Source: Vulcanimicrobiota bacterium | Lineage (GTDB): Bacteria > Vulcanimicrobiota > Vulcanimicrobiia > Vulcanimicrobiales > Vulcanimicrobiaceae | NCBI GenBank assembly: GCA_003167155.1 | Contig: PMTY01000183.1 | Location: forward strand, 16,228 to 80,227 | Direction of reading: 5' to 3' | Length of the DNA: 64,000 bases | Shown: in pieces, positions 62,607 through 64,000 of the stretch | Layout: every line of letters starts with the position of its first letter | How positions within the stretch are numbered: the stretch's first letter is position 1 | The notes under the pieces: model-generated | What the model saw: only the letters and a program-made list of their open reading frames with translations | The model's database searches: none | Told to the model about the DNA's origin: nothing | Program-made: the position numbers and the translations under genes

Positions 62607-63363
62607 GAGCCTGCATTCGCAGTAGCTCGGGAATCGTGACAAACCGGTAACCTCGCCGCTTGAGCGCATCCACGATCAACCGCGTCGCCGCTACGTCGGC
62701 GCTGCGATCGCATAAACGTCCCGCCGCATGCATCCGCGCACAGATCAGGCCGCGATTGCCGTCGTGAAGATCGATGATGGCGCCGTCGCCCGCGTAACGC
62801 AAGACTCGCGCGGCGATGACGCGCGCCGGCGGGTATTCCCAGTCGTTCGCAAGCGGAACCGACCACATCACGGGCGTGTACCCGAGTTTGCGCACTTCGC
62901 CGAGCACCAGCCAGTCGCGCCCGCCAAATGGCGGCCGCATGATGCGCGTGTGAACGCCGGCGGCATCGAAGATTGCCCGATCGGTGCGTTCGAGCGTGCG
63001 GCGCAGGCCGCTCTGTCCATCGAGCACCAAGTGCTCGTGGCTCCAGGTATGATTCCCGATTGCGTTTCCATCGAGCACTTCGCGCCGCACGACGGCAGGG
63101 TAAGCCGCAACCGCGCGTCCGACGACGAAAAAGGTGGCGTGAACGCCCTCGCCGCGCAGAACCGAAAGCAGCTCGTCGGTATACGGCGGATTCGGCCCGT
63201 CGTCATAGGTGAGCGCTACCACCCGCTGGTTCTTCGGACCGCTGACCAGCGTCTTGCCGAAGAGCTGGCTACCCGGGCTCTCCACGAGTTCGTAACCTTC
63301 ATACGCGACCGCTCCCAGCAATGCCAGGGCGACGGCCACGCGCACGACCCAGCGCCGCTTCAC
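62575..63363 (-). CDS. Polysaccharide deacetylase (NodB homology, CE4)
   Basis: VALTYDDGPN, HATFFVVG, IGNHTWSHEHL. Start set to GTG 63363, giving a signal anchor MKRRWVVRVAVALALLGAVA. ORF-track start is 63435. Confidence 0.85.
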   Translation of the reverse strand: MKRRWVVRVAVALALLGAVAYEGYELVESPGSQLFGKTLVSGPKNQRVVALTYDDGPNPPYTDELLSVLRGEGVHATFFVVGRAVAAYPAVVRREVLDGNAIGNHTWSHEHLVLDGQSGLRRTLERTDRAIFDAAGVHTRIMRPPFGGRDWLVLGEVRKLGYTPVMWSVPLANDWEYPPARVIAARVLRYAGDGAIIDLHDGNRGLICARMHAAGRLCDRSADVAATRLIVDALKRRGYRFVTIPELLRMQAPTRTASRANE

Positions 63364-63367
63364 TCGA

Positions 63368-64000
63368 TCAACCGTGCGTGCCGCGAATGCGTTCCTGCGC
63401 GGCGGCGACGTTGTGGCGAAAAATGTCGGGGCCAAAACCGCGAAAATCCTTGATGATCTGCACGTAGCGCGGATCGGTGACTTCCGTGCTCTGCACGTGA
63501 AGCAGATCCCGCGGCACCCCCTTCGAGAGGTCGATCGTGTATTGCCGCCCGGCCTTGGTCGCCCAATATTGCGGATCGGTGAAGGTGACCGTACGCTGGC
63601 CGTGTTGGTAATCGGCGAGCTGTTTCACGAATACGGCATAGTGCGCGTTGGCGTCGGGCAGCGAGGGCCGGTTGACGAGTTCCCAGACCCCGTCTTGGAC
63701 GAGGCGGCCAAAGAAAAAGCTTACGTCATAGACGCGCGCCGGCGGCGCCTTCACGCTGATTTCCCTTCCGTCGTCGCCGCGAATCGAGTACGTAAACGAC
63801 GAGACGCCTTCGATATCCGACATGCGGTACTCTTCGGTGTCGATCGGCGGCTTGGCGTAATGGATCGTCAGGCGGGCGTAGAGCGCGCTCGGCGCTTTTT
63901 GCGCGTGGATCACCGGCGCGAAACGCCCCATCTCTCCCGCACCATAGATCCGCCAACCCAAGATCAACGCAACCACGCATAGCGCGACGATCACGATCTC
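63368..64000 (-). CDS. Membrane-anchored hypothetical protein; 5' end may lie beyond the right edge
   Basis: ORF track 63368..63994 (GTG). The frame remains open to the window end. N-terminal TM IVALCVVALILGW. No family recognised. Confidence 0.45.
   Translation of the reverse strand, partial: EIVIVALCVVALILGWRIYGAGEMGRFAPVIHAQKAPSALYARLTIHYAKPPIDTEEYRMSDIEGVSSFTYSIRGDDGREISVKAPPARVYDVSFFFGRLVQDGVWELVNRPSLPDANAHYAVFVKQLADYQHGQRTVTFTDPQYWATKAGRQYTIDLSKGVPRDLLHVQSTEVTDPRYVQIIKDFRGFGPDIFRHNVAAAQERIRGTHG

Noticed and set aside
62220-62669. 149-aa minus-strand ORF that would be coupled to the GNAT gene
   Set aside because: The overlapping plus-strand ORF 62262..62606 carries a DUF3465-like signature (VHWTHHDPEHDRPGGFIRLHGRLY). 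The minus-strand translation has no motif and is Arg/Cys/Gly-rich. The call remains moderately uncertain.

Overview
GC-rich, very gene-dense bacterial chromosomal segment. I recognised no rRNA, tRNA, CRISPR array, transposase or integrase. From left to right: (1) 1-6682, a minus-strand surface-polysaccharide operon (priming sugar-phosphate transferase, GT4, nucleotide-sugar dehydrogenase, GINT1-like protein, Wzy_C/O-antigen-ligase-like protein), with every junction a 4-nt GTGA overlap. (2) 6790-10215, an orphan NarL/LuxR response regulator, an NHL-propeller lipoprotein and an Ala/Glu-rich coiled-coil protein. (3) 10237-25325, an isoprenoid/hopanoid region: dxs-hpnG, a decayed ferritin-like pseudogene, hpnA, and a roughly 10-kb minus-strand gene string STAS / degenerate prenyl-synthase-like / fni / phd-vapC / hpnC / hpnD / hpnE / shc / hpnH / multicopper oxidase. 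(4) 25383-29528, an SGNH-like::MBOAT fusion and a DHA2 MFS exporter. (5) 29544-45900, a large atypical Tad/Flp pilus locus, my best candidate for something new. It has three sub-60-aa flp genes (two absent from the ORF track, one hidden in a longer ORF), five TadE-like and three TadG-like paralogues, a secretin, CpaB, a fused CpaE::CpaF ATPase, TadB, TadC, two different A24 prepilin peptidases and two uncharacterised envelope proteins. (6) 45900-64000, an envelope-glycan cluster rich in GT-C-type membrane glycosyltransferases (DUF2142, one single and one tandem-duplicated DUF2029/GT87-like protein), plus GT2/DUF2304, GT4s, acyltransferase-3, CE4 deacetylase, DUF882, Nudix, GNAT and an ATPase::SARP regulator. 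Three signals cut across these blocks: pervasive ATGA/GTGA start-stop overlaps, a roughly 25-nt palindromic REP-like element sitting in frame inside coding sequences and at gene junctions, and two genes whose best-positioned initiator is ATC. All functional calls rest on motif recognition by eye, not database searches. 3' ends follow the ORF track; many 5' ends are my own trims.
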